Shown: positions 1-12,846 of the stretch, one piece after another
Layout of the letters: the number at the start of each line of letters is the position of its first letter
Position numbering within the stretch: the stretch's first letter is position 1
DNA from: Octopus vulgaris
Lineage: Eukaryota
DNA length: 64,000 nt
Reading direction: 5' to 3'
Assembly: GCA_951406725.2 (NCBI GenBank)
Contig: OX597817.1
Span: 171,244,001-171,308,000, forward strand
Translations under genes and position numbers: made by a program
The notes under the pieces: model-generated
What the model was told of the DNA's origin: nothing
Database searches by the model: none
What the model saw: the letters and a program-made list of their open reading frames with translations, nothing else

Positions 1-947
1 ATTTTGGTCCCGAAATCTCGGAGCATGCTGTATACATAGCATATAATACATGGACTTTTATGATGAATTTTAAACTAATTCTTAAAAACATTTTTGCATA
101 AGGGGAAATTTAGCTGCTGGCTAGAAACCAGCACATGCAGCTAGACATGGTAGAGCATATGAACTGAGTGTCTAGCAAAACTTTAGTTGGGTCAGCGTCC
201 TCCGTTCTACTTTCAGAATTCAAATCTAATTGGGTTCAATAAAACATAACATGCAGGAGACATGCCGTGAGGGTGGTGGGGGCATGTTGCCCTTGATGTT
301 GATTTTAGCAATCAGCTACACAACCTACCCTCTCCACCCCAACATGTTCTGGGCTTTGTGACGACAACAAAAGAAATCAATATTAAGAATGAAAGAAAAG
401 AAAGAAAGAAAACAATGGCTAACTAATCAATCAGGCTTTACCACGAGATGAGAAATGAGTTAATAAAGCAAACGGCTATACTATGCAGTTATGCAGTTTA
501 TGTGCAGAGCAATTACACACGGGGATTCTGTTGATGCAGCTGTAGAAATATGAGAGAGAAAAATAAGAAGAATAAAAATAATTTATTCTGCTAAAACAAG
601 CAATGCAAATCGGTGAATGAGAATGTTATTAGTAGAGAGGAGTACAAGGAGTTACTGTTAATGACTATGTAACTAAGCTAATGAAACCAAACCAAAGAAA
701 TTTTTAATAAAAAGGGAAAATAGAAGGGATGAAAGAAACATGATGAAATATGGCAGAACGAATGTATTATCATAGTAAATATCTATTTACTAAATAGACC
801 TAAGAATTAGTTGCAGTACATTACTAGTTGTCGAAGAACAAACAAAAGGGAATGAGCACTTGTATATGTGCATGTGTTTGTGTGTGTATATATATGCATA
901 TATGCATGTGTGTGTTTATGTGTGTGTGTATGTGTGTATATATATAT

Positions 948-1322
948 ATCATCATCATCATCATCATCATCGTTTAGCGTCCGCTTTCCATGCTGGCATG
1001 GGTTGGACGGTGCAACTGGGGTCTGGGAAGCCAAAAGGCTGCACCAGGCCCAGTCAGATCTGGCAGAGTTTCTACAGCTGGATGCCCTTCCTAACGCCAA
1101 CCACTCCATGAGTGTAGTGGGTGCTTTTTATGTGCCACCGACACAGGTGCCAGACGAGGCTGGCGAACGGCCACGCTCGGATGGTGTTTTTTTGTGCCAC
1201 CGACACAGGTGCCAGACGAGGCTGGCGAACGGCCACGCTCGGATGGTGTTTTTTTATGTGCCACCGACACAGGTGCCCGATGAGGCTGGCGAACGGCCAC
1301 GCTCGGATGGTGTTTTTTACGT
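948..1322 (-). mobile_element. Family A: 3' UTR/tail fragment of an RTE-clade LINE with (GAT)n tail and three ~63-bp internal tandem units
   Basis: (CAT)n, then cgtttagcgtccgctttccatgctggcatgggttggacgg...ctggatgcccttcctaacgccaaccactcc; many similar copies in the window; at 8710-9533 the same sequence runs into an RTE ORF end. Confidence 0.8.
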
Positions 1323-1354
1323 ATATATATATATATATATATGGATGAGGATGA

Positions 1355-1648
1355 AAGCCCATGCTTCGGTCAGAATTGACCATGGAACTGCACCTAGAAA
1401 GTTACCCTCTGAGGCACAGAACTGCGCAAGATTGTTTATAGATGACCAGCAATCACCCATGCATACCAGCCTCCCCTCTCCATGGCACTGATGTTATCCA
1501 AAGGAAACACACAGTTCTGATACAGCTTGGAACCAGTGATGTCGCAACTCATTTTTACTGGAGTAATGTGAAGTAAAGTGTCTTGCTCAAGAACACAACA
1601 CACAGCCTGGTCCGGGTATTGAACTCACTATCTCATGATTGTGAGCCT
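1355..1648 (-). mobile_element. Family C tRNA-derived SINE with CORE-like block, 5'-truncated
   Basis: Matches the 46291-46626 copy (gcacctagaaagttaccctctgagg...gtgtcttgctcaagaacacaacac). Confidence 0.8.
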
Positions 1649-1652
1649 GTAA

Positions 1653-1653
<1 letters not shown>

Positions 1654-1699
<46 letters not shown>

Positions 1700-1712
1700 T
1701 ACATACATACAT

Positions 1713-1771
<59 letters not shown>

Positions 1772-1787
1772 TATATATATATATATA
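1654..1787. repeat. Compound (TA)n/(TACA)n/(CA)n microsatellite
   Basis: Seen directly. Confidence 0.95.
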
Positions 1788-2165
1788 ACCATGTCTTGCA
1801 AATATCAAAATTACGTAAACTAACACTGGAATGGTTTATGATGTGCTCAGTGGCTTATCCTTAATTTCTGCTAAGATATGCTTTTTAAAACACAGATATG
1901 AAGTAAATCTCTTGCTCCTTGTATTTATAGTCATTGGAGGTTCTTAAGTGTTTTAAAAGATACAGTTTTTTAAGTGAGCAGATGGAGCGTCTTTTTCAAA
2001 GCATTAATATAAAGTTTAGTCTTCCCCTTAAGTTTCCATATTAATGCTGAGAGGGTTGTTGTATGTTTCTTCTCAAGTTTTTGGATTTAAATTTAAATGT
2101 TCCTTATACAGATCCAGTATAATGTTTGGTCTCTGTCCAAGCATTGCCATAGTTTGCTGATACCT

Positions 2166-2383
2166 TGGCCAGCCTTGCCTGGCACCTGTGCAGGTGGCAC
2201 ATAAAAAGCACCCACTACACTCACGGAGTGGTTGGCGTTAGGAAGGGCATCCAGCTGTAGAAACATTGCCAGATCAGACTGGAGCCTGGGGCAGCCTTCT
2301 GGCTTCCTAGATCCCCGGTCGAACCGTCCAACCCATGCTAGCATGGAGAACGGACGTTAAATGATGATGATGATGATGATGAT
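2166..2383 (+). mobile_element. Family A RTE 3' tail fragment
   Basis: ggtggcacataaaaagcacccactacactcacggagtggttggcgttaggaagggcatccagctg...ggacgttaaa(tga)n. Confidence 0.85.
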
Positions 2384-3811
2384 GTGCTTCTTAAGCAACA
2401 GAGGATATACAATGGGCAAGATTTTTTCTTCATGTCCACATTTTTAAAAATACATCTTAGTGGAAATTAAGGATAAACCACTGGACACACCATATTCCAG
2501 TGTTGTTGGTTTATGAAATTTTGATATTTGTAAGGCACTGGTTATATTTACTGAGAATTTAATTACCCCCACTCCATTTCTCTGAGACTTTTTTAAAATG
2601 TGCATGTTAATTCAAAAGTTGATTGTATAAAATGCAGTCACTAAACTGTCTTTCACCAGCTTGATAAATGGTGAAATAAATTAATATTTTGGCAGGGAAA
2701 CCCTGGGTAACTGTATTTCGCACAGCTATTTGTGGTTTTTATTATATCTTTATTTTCTTAACTGATTGATTGCTATATTACTTGCTGAAGGCTGACCACT
2801 CAGAATGACCACATAGAATATATATATGTGTGTGTGTGTGTGTGTGTTTATTTAGTTTTTAAATTCAAGCTATTATTAGTTCATACTGTGAAAACAGAAT
2901 GGTATGATGAGCTTGTGTAGCAACTATGTGTTTTCAAGCAATTTTTCAGACTTAAATATACAACTTGGCTGGTGATTTTGGAAGAATGAGAAAGGTCTTT
3001 GAGAATGCAAGAGAAAAGACAAGGGAAAGGTAAAAGTAAAAAGTGGAATGAGAGAAAAGTAAAACAAAAATTAAGTGTTACATCCCTTTGGCCCATTTGA
3101 ATCAAAATTAATATGGTTGGTGTAAATTAATTCAATGTAGAGAAAGTCAAAGTTTGTGAGACTGTATGCTTAATCCTATCCTTAACAGATAAGCATTTCC
3201 TCATTAACCATAGATACAAGAAAATTTTTTATAAACATTCAGTGGAAGTTTCATAGCATGCACCCACTCCAAGTTGTAACTGTCAAAAACCAGAAACTTG
3301 CCCACTCAACCAGGTATGCATGCCTTAACTCAGTGGTTTATGAAACTGAAGTCACTGTGGTGCTCCAAAATAAAGAAATTCAAAAGAAAAAGTGCATTGA
3401 TATATGCAAAATTGATTTTTTTAAAATACACAAACCACCAGTTTTCTTTATAAGAAGAAGACCAGAAAGTTAGCTAGCTATATCTGGGAAAGCCAACTAC
3501 ACATTGCAAGTGGAGCATCATGGAATCATCAACACCATACATTAATGGATCAAAGAGATGCAGGTTTTGTTTAGCCAAAAGATCTCATGACCTTTTTAGA
3601 GAAAAAAAATGCTACTGATCTACTAAATTCCAGATCTGAAATTTTATTCACAGTAAGCTTCTAGTCAAATTTCTTTCATCATACTGGAAAACACTACCCT
3701 CTCTTGATAAACATGCAGTCTCACAAACTTTCACTTTTTACTCATTGAATTAATTTACACAAACTATATAATTCTGATTCCAACAGGGATATAACTCTAA
3801 ACTTTTATCTT

Positions 3812-4550
3812 GGCTCACTTGGCTTGCCGAGGCTTCTCAAGCACAGCATATTTCCAAAGGTCCCAGTCACTAGTCATTTCCTCGGTGAGGCCCAATGTTT
3901 GAAGGTCATGCCTCACTATCTCATCCCAGGTCTTCCTGGGTCTACCTCTTCCACAGGTTCCCTCAACCGCTAGGGTGTTGCACTTTTTCACACAGCTATC
4001 CTCATCCATTCTCGCCACATGACCATACCAGTGCAGTCATCTCTCTTGCACACCATACATGAAGCTTCTTAGGTCCAACTTTTTACTCAAGGTACTTACA
4101 CTCTGTCGAGTATGCACACTGACATTACACATCCACCCGAGCATACTGGCTTCATTCCTTGTGAGCTTATGCATGTCCTCAGCAGTCACGGCCCATGTTT
4201 CACTGCCATGTAGCATGGCTGTTTGTACACATGCATCATACAGTCCACCTTTTACTCTGAGTGAGAGGCACTTTGTCACCAGCAGAGGTATGACCTCTCT
4301 GAACTTTGCCCAGTCTATTCTTATTCTAGCAGCTACACTTTCAGCACACCCTCCCCCACTACTGATTTGGTCACCTAGGTAACAGAAGCTATCAACTACT
4401 TCTAGTTTTTCTCCCTGGAATGAGGCAGAAGTTGTTCTCTGCACATTTTCAGTGTCTATTGCACCTGAACATCTGCCACATACAAAAGCTATCTTCCCAG
4501 TTAGCCTTCCTTTGATATTGCTACAACTCTTATGTGTCCATAGTTTACAC
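3812..4550 (-). mobile_element. RTE-clade LINE ORF C-terminal fragment, disrupted, with a Cys/His finger insert
   Basis: ORFs 4037-4558 and 3815-4018 carry LEVVDSFCYLG, ARIRIDWAKF, LHGSETW and GRGRPRKTW, typical of the RTE post-RT region; preceded by CKLWTHKSC...FVCGRC. Confidence 0.9.
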
Positions 4551-4724
4551 ACACACATATATATATATATGAAACTGTAAGGTGTTACTCAAGCACTCAA
4601 CTTTGAGTCCAACGCATCTTATAGAAACAGCTGTAAGGTAATGAAGTTCATTAGATAATCATTTACTCCTTTGCCATCATTTTTCTCAGATGTATATATA
4701 TATATATATATATATATCTATTAT

Positions 4725-5137
4725 GACTGGCACCCGGCAGATGCCAGGACCCCTGGACTGGAGACATGTAAAAAGCACTATCCGAATCGTGGCCGATGCC
4801 AGCGCCGCCTCGACTGGCTTCCGTGTCGGTGGCATGTAAAAAGCACCATCCGAATCGTGGCCGATGCCAGTGCCGCTTCGACTGGCTTCCGTGCAGGTGG
4901 CACGTAAAATGCACCAATCTGACCGTGGCCGATGCCAGCCTTGCCTGGCTCCAGTGCAGGTGGCACATAAAAAGCACCCACTACACTCACGGAGTGGTTG
5001 GCGTTAGGAAGGGCATCCAGCTGTAGAAACATTGCCAGATAAGACCGGAGCCTTGTGCAGCTTCCTGGCTTCCCAGATCCCCGGTCGAACCGTCCAACCC
5101 ATGCTAGCATGGAGAACGGATGTTAAACGATGATGAT
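4725..5137 (+). mobile_element. Family A RTE 3' tail with ~4 internal ~63-bp units
   Basis: Repeated gtggccgatgccag...ctggcttccgtg...ggtggcatgtaaaaagcacc units, conserved tail, (GAT)n. Confidence 0.85.
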
Positions 5138-5429
5138 ATATGAAACAAATGTGAGACCCATATATGAAACAGATTCCTCTGAACAAATATGTAAAAATAT
5201 GTGCAACTAACAACACCCTGAAATTCCCAGGATTCCCCCTTTATCTTGGTTCTGATAAGTCTACAGATAAAACACAGATAAATAAAGAAAATATGTTTAT
5301 CAAACGGTATTAACTACAGCTTAATTGTAATTGTACAACTAAATTGTACAATTTAATTACAACATATTGTAATGGGTCACTAACTAAGACTTAAAACCAT
5401 AACATGTTTTGAAATCAGCCTTGATAGCT

Positions 5430-5630
5430 ATTCTTTTATTCTTTCACTTGTTTCAGTCATTTGTCTATGGCCATGCTGGAGCACAACCTTAAAGGGTTTT
5501 TAGCCAAAGAAATCAGCCCCAGGACGTATCATTTGTAAGCCTAGTACATATTTTATCAGTTTTCTTTTGCCGAACTACTAAGTTACAGGGTCATAAACAC
5601 ACCAACATCAGTTATCAAGCAATGGTGATT
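5430..5630 (-). mobile_element. Older diverged family B SINE 3' part
   Basis: cttgtttcagtcattt...ggccatgctggagcac...aaacacaccaacatc similar to family B. Confidence 0.7.
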
Positions 5631-5639
5631 ACTCTTTCT

Positions 5640-5855
5640 CTTTTACTCTTTTACTTGTTTCAGTCATTTGACTGCGGCCATGCTGGAGCACCGCCTTTAG
5701 TCGAGCAAATCAACCCCGGGACTTATTCTTTGGAAGCCCAGGTACTTATTCTATCGGTCTCTTTTGCCGAACCGCTAAGTGACGGGGACGTAAACACACC
5801 AGCATCGGTTGTCAAGCAATGCTAGGGGGACAAACACAGACACACAAACACACAC

Positions 5856-5898
<43 letters not shown>

Positions 5899-6059
5899 TA
5901 CGACAGGCTTCTTTCAGTTTCTGTCTACCAAATCCACTCACAAGGCATTGGTCAGCCCGAGGCTATAGCAGAAGACACTTGCCCAAGATGCCACGCAGTG
6001 GGACTGAACCTGGAACCATGTGGTTGGTTAGCAAGCTACTTACCACACAGCCACTCCTG
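5640..6059 (-). mobile_element. Family B tRNA-derived SINE, near full length, internal (TA/TG)n
   Basis: Minus strand: caggagtggctgtgtggtaagtagcttgctaaccaaccacatggttccaggttcagtccc (A/B-box-like head), cttgggcaagtgtctt, tail gaaacaagtaaaagagtaaaagag. Confidence 0.9.
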
Positions 6060-6800
6060 GGACAAATATATATATAAACAATAGGCTTCTTTCAGTTTCT
6101 GTCTACCAAATCCGCTCACAAGGCATTAGTTTTGGGTTCAGTCCAACTGTGTAACTTTGAGTAAGTTTCTTTTACTATAACCTGGGGCTCATCGAAGTCT
6201 GTGAATGGAATCAGTAGACGGAAACAAAAAAAGACACCTGTATAACTTTATCTCTCTCTATATATGCATGTGCATGTGTGCATGTATGTGTAGTTACCTA
6301 TGAATGATAATTGTAAATCAGTATTGAAGCTACGAAGGGTAATGAACCATAGAAAACCTGCTTTGACAAATTCCATCTGATCCATGCAAGCATGGAAATG
6401 CAAATGTTAAAACAATGATGATGATGATGATGATGTTGATGATGATGATGATGACAATGGCGATGATGGTGGTGATGATGATGGTGGTGATGATGATGAT
6501 GATGATGATGATAATGTTTATTATGTGTTTATTATTGGCATAATGACCTTCCCAGGATACAACAAAATCCATTTCAACACACAGCTTCACATCAAGACTC
6601 TTGCAAACCAAATACAAAAATTAAATCTCTCTCTCTCTCCTTTCATATATATATATATAATTATTAAGTTTGAAAATGGAGATTCAATGGATATAAATTA
6701 ATATATACATATACATACATATATATATTTACATTTATACATTTGTTTTGCAAGATTTCTGATGTGAAACCACGTGTGCATATGTGTGTGCATGCATTTA

Positions 6801-8010
6801 TCAGGTCATCCCATAAGTTCTGTCCGAATTTTGAATAAAGAAAACAAGTGATCAAATGTTATATTTAATTGAAATTTAATCATCAATGTACTTTCCCTGA
6901 TTATCTATGACTTCCTTCCATCTATTTACAAGCTTTTTAATCCCATCAATGTAACACTTTTTTGGTTTCAAAGCGAAGAACTCTGAAATGTCAGTTTTGA
7001 CCTCCTCCTGGCTTGCGAAAGTTATGTCCCCCAAATGATTCTGTAAACTACGAAACAAATGGTAGTCTGAAGGAGCAAGGTTGGGAGAATAAGGTGGATG
7101 AGGAATTTTTTCCCAACCAAGCTCTTTGATCATCTGTAATATGATCTTTGCATTGTCCTGATGAAACATCACTCCTATTTGATTCACTAAAGCAGATCAT
7201 TTTTTCTTCAAAGCTTGGTTTAAACACTCTAATTGCTGACAGTAGACTTGAGCATTGATTGCTGCATTAGGTGGTAACAATTCAAAGTGAATTACTCCTT
7301 TGCAATCCAACCAGATAGAGAGAAGAACCTTTTTCCCATGAAATTCCCTTCTTGGTTGTGGTTTTACCAAGCCACAGTTTATGATGTTTAACATTTCGAT
7401 AGAATATCCATTTGTCGTCACCTATTCAAAAAGGGTGAAATGTGCTTGCGGTTGCTTTCAGACAATTCATGAGGCACCCATTTTCCAAGTTCAGGAACCT
7501 TTCCAAGTTGTTGAAGATGATGATGAACAGTTGTATGGTTTGAACTAAGCTTTATTGCCAATTCTTCAACTGAAAATGCAGGATTTTCTTCAAGTAATGC
7601 CTCAAGAAGCTTATCATCAAAGTCAACTGGACATCCTGTTGGATCTTCATCTTCAAGGCTGAAATCTGCACTTCTGAATTTTGCAAACCATCTTCTGCAA
7701 GTTCTTTCATTCAAGCATTCTTTCCCATAAACTGAGTGTATGTTTCAAGTAGCTTCAGCTGCAGAGTTTCCTTTTTTTGTACTCATAAAGCATTATATGG
7801 CCCACATACTCTTTTGAAACTTCAACGTTAGAAAGGATTTTAATCAAAGAAATTTTAATTCTATTATTCTGTAAAATAATATTTAATTAGTTTAAATGTA
7901 CACACATGCATAAAAAATTTTTTTAATTCCATTAGACATTCTAAAAGACTATTAAATTTCATTCAATTTAAAAAATAGTAAAATCGGACAGAACTTATGG
8001 GATGACCTGA
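6801..8010 (-). mobile_element. mariner (DD34D) DNA transposon with both TIRs; frameshifted transposase
   Basis: Perfect 27-bp TIRs tcaggtcatcccataagttctgtccga (6801-6827 and 7984-8010), TA on both sides; WVPHEL, HQDNA and HPPYSPNLAPSDYHLF motifs split over three ORFs. Confidence 0.97.
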
Positions 8011-8709
8011 TATGTATAATTACCAATCAGCTGGTAACCCAGGCTTGTTTTCTCTTGAATTATCCATTGTTTTAATATATTTCGAAACACACACATACAC
8101 ACACATGGCTGTATGTTTGAATGTATATTGTGAGCATGTGTGTGTGTACATGCATGTATATGTATGGGTGTAATTGAGCATATTCTTACTACAGACAGAC
8201 TCTAATGCAGTTTCCCTAACATTGTCCAGCTCTTCAAAAGTCCCATTCTTCTGCTGTTCATTTTATCTTGTTCTCAATAACTCCTCCCGGCCACAAGGCC
8301 ATATTTATCCCAACGTATATTTTAACAACAAAGGAAGAAGACAGTTTAATTATTCACCTGGGTCATTTCCTCCCTTTATTTTGCAGGTTTTGTTTCCTCA
8401 CTTTCATTTTTTGCATGCCTTTGTTCTATGTTTTTGTTCCTGGTCTATACTGTGCTACCGGAATAAATGAGTTGTCAATTAACGATGTATTATGAATTGA
8501 TTAGCCAATAGTCAATAAAAGATCATTGGGTAATCAGCAGACAGTATTCATTTTAAAAGATAAATCATTGTCAAACTAAGAGAATACAGGTTACGTTTAG
8601 ACATTAATCTGTGCAGGTAAAGTTGCTTCTTAGACAAGAACACTGTTTTACACAAAAGGACTAAGAAGTTTAGTGTAGTGATTTTCTTTTTAAGCAAAAG
8701 TGTAATTAA

Positions 8710-9533
8710 CATCATCATCATCATCATCATTTAGTGTCCATTTTCCATGCTGGCATGGGCTAGTCGGTTTGACCGGAACTGGTAAGCCGGGGAGTTGCAC
8801 TAGGTTCCAGTCTGATTTGGCATGGTTTCTATGGCTGGATGCCCTTGCTAACACCAACCGCTCCAAGAGTGTAATGGGTGCTTTTTACGTGCCACTGGCA
8901 TGGGTGCCATTTACAGGATACTGGCAAAGGCCATGACTATGATTTCACTTGGTTTGTCAAGTCTTCTCAAGCACAGCATATTGCCAAAGGGTGGAGGTGC
9001 AATGGCCCAGTGGTTAGGGCAGTGGACTCGCGGTCATAGGATCGCAGTTTCGATTCCCAGACCGGGCGTTGTGAGTGTTTATTGAGCGAAAACACCTAAA
9101 AAAGCTTCATGAGGCTCCGGCAGGGGATGGTGGTGATCCCTGCTGTACTCTTTCACCACAACTTTCTCTCGCTCTTACTTCCTGTTTCTGTTGTACCTGT
9201 ATTTCAAGGGGCCGGCCTTGTCACTCTCTGTGTCACGCTGAATATCCCCGAGAACTACGTTAAGGGTGCATGTGTCTGTGGAGTGCTCAGCCACTTACAC
9301 GTTAATTTCACAAGCAGGCTGTTCCGTTGATTCGGATCAACCGGAACCCTCATCGTCGTAACCGACAGAGTGCTTCCATCCATTGCCAAAGGTCTCAGTC
9401 ACTAGTCATCATCTCCATGAGGTCCAATATTCAAAGATCATACTTCACTTCATCCCATGTCTTCCTGGGTCTACCTCTTCCACAGGAACCCTTCACAGTT
9501 AGAGATTGGCACTTCTTTACACAGCTGTTCTCT
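8710..9533 (-). mobile_element. RTE LINE 3' end (ORF end plus family A tail), interrupted by a SINE
   Basis: 9382-9533 and 8945-8990 match the ORF end at 3815-4000 (cttctcaagcacagcata, ttcctgggtctacctcttccacagg) and run directly into the family A tail and (CAT)n. Confidence 0.85.
8991..9381 (+). mobile_element. Family G tRNA-derived SINE, full length, 11-bp TSD
   Basis: Head tggcccagtggttagggcagtggactcgcggtcataggatcgcagtttcgattccc; TSD attgccaaagg at 8980-8990 and 9382-9392. Confidence 0.92.
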
Positions 9534-9744
9534 ATTATTCTTTTTCTTCTTATTATTATTGATTTGACTCAGGTTCAATCTTATTCCTGGTAGAATTTAT
9601 GTAGGTAGTGTAACCTTAAGTAGCCACAAGCTTTCAACAGTCTTGCAAATACTCAAAATCCTTCTGATAATCTTTTCTGTCCTTAAGAAGCAAACTTTCA
9701 GTAGAAGCTCTACAGGGTATTCTATTCCAGTCTCCATCTTCATC

Positions 9745-9905
9745 TGTCCTTAAGTTCTGAATTCAACTTCCACCAAGGTTGACTTTACCTTTCATCCTTT
9801 TGGGGTTGATAAAATAAGAACTAATTGAGCACTGGGGTCAATGTAATTGACTTACCCTCTCCTCTGAAGATGCTGGCCTTCTGCCAAAATCTGAAACATT
9901 ATTAT

Positions 9906-9973
<68 letters not shown>

Positions 9974-10150
9974 ATACTACCATTAAGGTGGCATGCTGGC
10001 AGAATCGTTAGCATGCCAGGCAAAATGCTTGGTAGCATTTCGTCAGTCTTTACATCCTGAGTTCAAATTCCGCTGCGGCCAACTTTGCCGTTTATCCTTT
10101 TGGGGTTGATAAGTACCAGTCGAGCACTGGAGTTGATGTAATCAAGTGCT
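9745..10150 (+). mobile_element. Two family D SINE copies separated by (TAC)n
   Basis: ctggcagaatcgttagcatgcc...gagttcaaattcc...gactttrcctttcatccttttggggttgataa...gagcactgg. Confidence 0.8.
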
Positions 10151-10206
10151 CTCACTCGTGCTTTTAGTAAAAAGAATTATTTTAATTTTTATTATTATAA
10201 TTATTA

Positions 10207-10747
10207 TTGAGTGAGAGAGCAGTGCATGCCATCAAAGTGACATTGGGGTACAAATATATGAAGCCCAATATACCCATCATGATTACCTATCCTGAAAGGG
10301 TATACAAGGCTCAAGCATCACAACCATATGTACATAACATGGTGACCTCATATCAAGATAGACAGCACATGACCTTGCAGGTGGGGTCCAGTTAGAATTT
10401 TCTTCAGGTTAAGTAACCTATTCTGCTCATAAGGTCCCTGAATAAAGGTTGTTTTAGGATATGAAATGAAACACCAATGTTACCAGAGGTGAATCATTCA
10501 ATTCACAAAGAATTCCTCTCAACACATGGCTATGATGCTCCCCCACTACTTCTGCTTGTGATCAGAGATGCACATGTCATCAGCCTCTAAGGGACACGCT
10601 CAAATGGTTAAGGTCAAACAACTGACAAGCTAATCTGTGGTATTGAGCAGAATATTTACACCAAGACAAAACATGTACATGATAACACTTCCAATCAGTT
10701 AACACCAGAAGTCATGACAGCCAATACCTGGTACTGCATCAGGGCAT
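10207..10747 (-). mobile_element. Family E non-coding interspersed repeat flanked by (TTA)n; fragments also near 15770-15880 and 52730-52900
   Basis: cctctcaacacatggctatg...gatcagagatgcacat...taagggaca recurs three times; strand inferred from a (TAA)n tail. Confidence 0.65.
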
Positions 10748-10770
10748 TTATTATTATTATTATTATCATA

Positions 10771-10870
10771 TTCATTAGCATCTTCTTTCAATCGAGTTTC
10801 CATTTCTTGCTGAGTGTCTTTCTGACACCCAGGGCAGAGAAACTCAATGTATACATTGGTAGGCCATTAA
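10771..10870. repeat. Family F short interspersed repeat; inverse copy at 29846-29942
   Basis: ttcattagcatcttctttcaat...tttcttgc...ctgacacc..g.gcagagaaa...tgtatacattggtaggccat in both. Confidence 0.7.
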
Positions 10871-10930
10871 GATAAACACACTAGATTGTTCATTTACAAA
10901 GTCATGTGATAGAGAAAAAGGGGAAGACTA

Positions 10931-10973
<43 letters not shown>

Positions 10974-11098
10974 TATTATTATTCTTATTATTATTATTAC
11001 TATTATTATTATTACTATTATTACTATTATTATTACTATTATTACTATTATTATTACTAATATTACTATTATTATTACTATTACCATTATTATTATTA

Positions 11099-11141
<43 letters not shown>

Positions 11142-11202
11142 TATTATTATTACTATTACTATTACTATTATTATTATTATTATTGTTATTGTTATTATTA
11201 TC
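10931..11202. repeat. (ATT)n microsatellite
   Basis: Seen directly. Confidence 0.97.
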
Positions 11203-11659
11203 ATTCTGTTGCTAAGTAATAGTGGCTACATTCCACTGACTTGAAACGAGTAAATTATCAGCAATTTGTTTCAATGAAATTGGGTTAGACAAAAGCCAAA
11301 TTCAGCTCCAATAGTTATTGTTATGCATCTAGTCTGATGAAGTGAGGTACTTAATGTGTCACCAGAGAGTTAATTATTCTTTAATACAAAGTAACTGGTC
11401 AAGAATTGATCAAGATATTAAGAAAACAACAACAACAACAAAATGATGATAATGATCATCATCTTAATCAAAATAGTGTCATGAGTCTCTGCAAAATTAT
11501 TGATTCATAGAGACACCATTCAAGACTTTATTTCGACATAAGATGTGCCTAAGACAGCTAAGATTCAAATAATACTCGTGACAAAATTTGAAGACTAGCA
11601 AAGCAGTAATAGCCACTGCTTTTATAATGCCACTGCTGCTGTGTACACTGGTTAGTTGT

Positions 11660-12060
11660 CTTTACTCTTTTACTTGTTTCAGTCATTTGACTGCGGCCAT
11701 GCTGGAGTACCGCCTCTAGTCGAGCAAATCGACCCCAGGACTTATTCTTTGTAAGCCTAGTATTTATTCCATCAGTCTCTTTTGCCGAACCGCTAAGTAC
11801 AGGGACGTAGGCACACCAGCATCGGTTGTCAAGTGATGTTGGGGGGGGTGTGCAAACACAGACACACAAACACACACACAGAAATATATATATGTATACA
11901 TATCTACGACAGGCTTCTTTCAGTTTCCATCTACCAAATCCACTCACAAGGTTTTGGTTGGCCTGTGGCTATAGTAGAAGACACTTGCCCAAGGTGCCAC
12001 GCAGTGGGACTGAACCCAGAACCATGTGGTTGGTAAGCAAGCTACTTATCTCACAGCCAC
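11660..12060 (-). mobile_element. Family B SINE
   Basis: Colinear with 5640-6059. Confidence 0.88.
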
Positions 12061-12559
12061 TTGTTTGCAACACAGCAGACTCAAACATTTAAAAAATAAA
12101 GTATCTTGGCCATAGATATATAGTGCTGGTGGCCGGGTATAGACTGTCTATATTTTGACAGGATAATCCATGAGAGTATCAACTATCACCGCATCTCCAG
12201 TCAAATGACAACGTAACCAGATTAATATCAGTTTTCAAATCATTGAGAAATCAGTGAGATCACTGAAATTATAGAGTATCAAGTTAGTGTTTGACAGTAT
12301 TCAGTTGTATTCCTTACATACTCTGCAATACTCTAGTTTAGTGTTTCTCAACCATTTTTTACCTATGGACACCTTTGATTCCTCTCTCTCTCTCTGGCTG
12401 GGTAATAATGTACTTCCTCTACAGGAAGACACCTGTTCTTGTCTCCCTGTCTCACTATAACCTTTCATCATCCGACACAAGATCACATCCTCCAATAATG
12501 TCCCCTCCCCTCTTGAAAGTTAAAAAGAATTTTTTTTCATTTGTCTTGCAAGTACTTGG

Positions 12560-12846
12560 TGACCCAGTCCACACTGTAAAGTGGTTGGTATTCGGAAGGG
12601 CATCCAGCTGTAAAAACATTGCCAAAAACTGACCTTGCCTGTGCTTGTGCCACATAAAGAGCACTAAGTCCACTCTGCTGAGTGGTTGGCATAAGGAAGG
12701 GCATGGACATACAGCTGTAAAAATTCTGCAAAAGAAGTTGCAGAAGTCTGGTGCAGGCTTCTGCCTGGCTGGCTCTTGTGAAACCATCCCACCCTTGCTA
12801 GCATGAAAGGCAGATGTTAATTGATGATGATGACGATGATGATGAT
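12560..12846 (+). mobile_element. Diverged family A tail with internal duplication
   Basis: gtggttgg...ggaagggcat occurs twice; ends gatgttaat(tga)n. Confidence 0.7.

Noticed and set aside
11330-11360. CTGATGA followed by a small stem
   Set aside because: No GAAA at the required position
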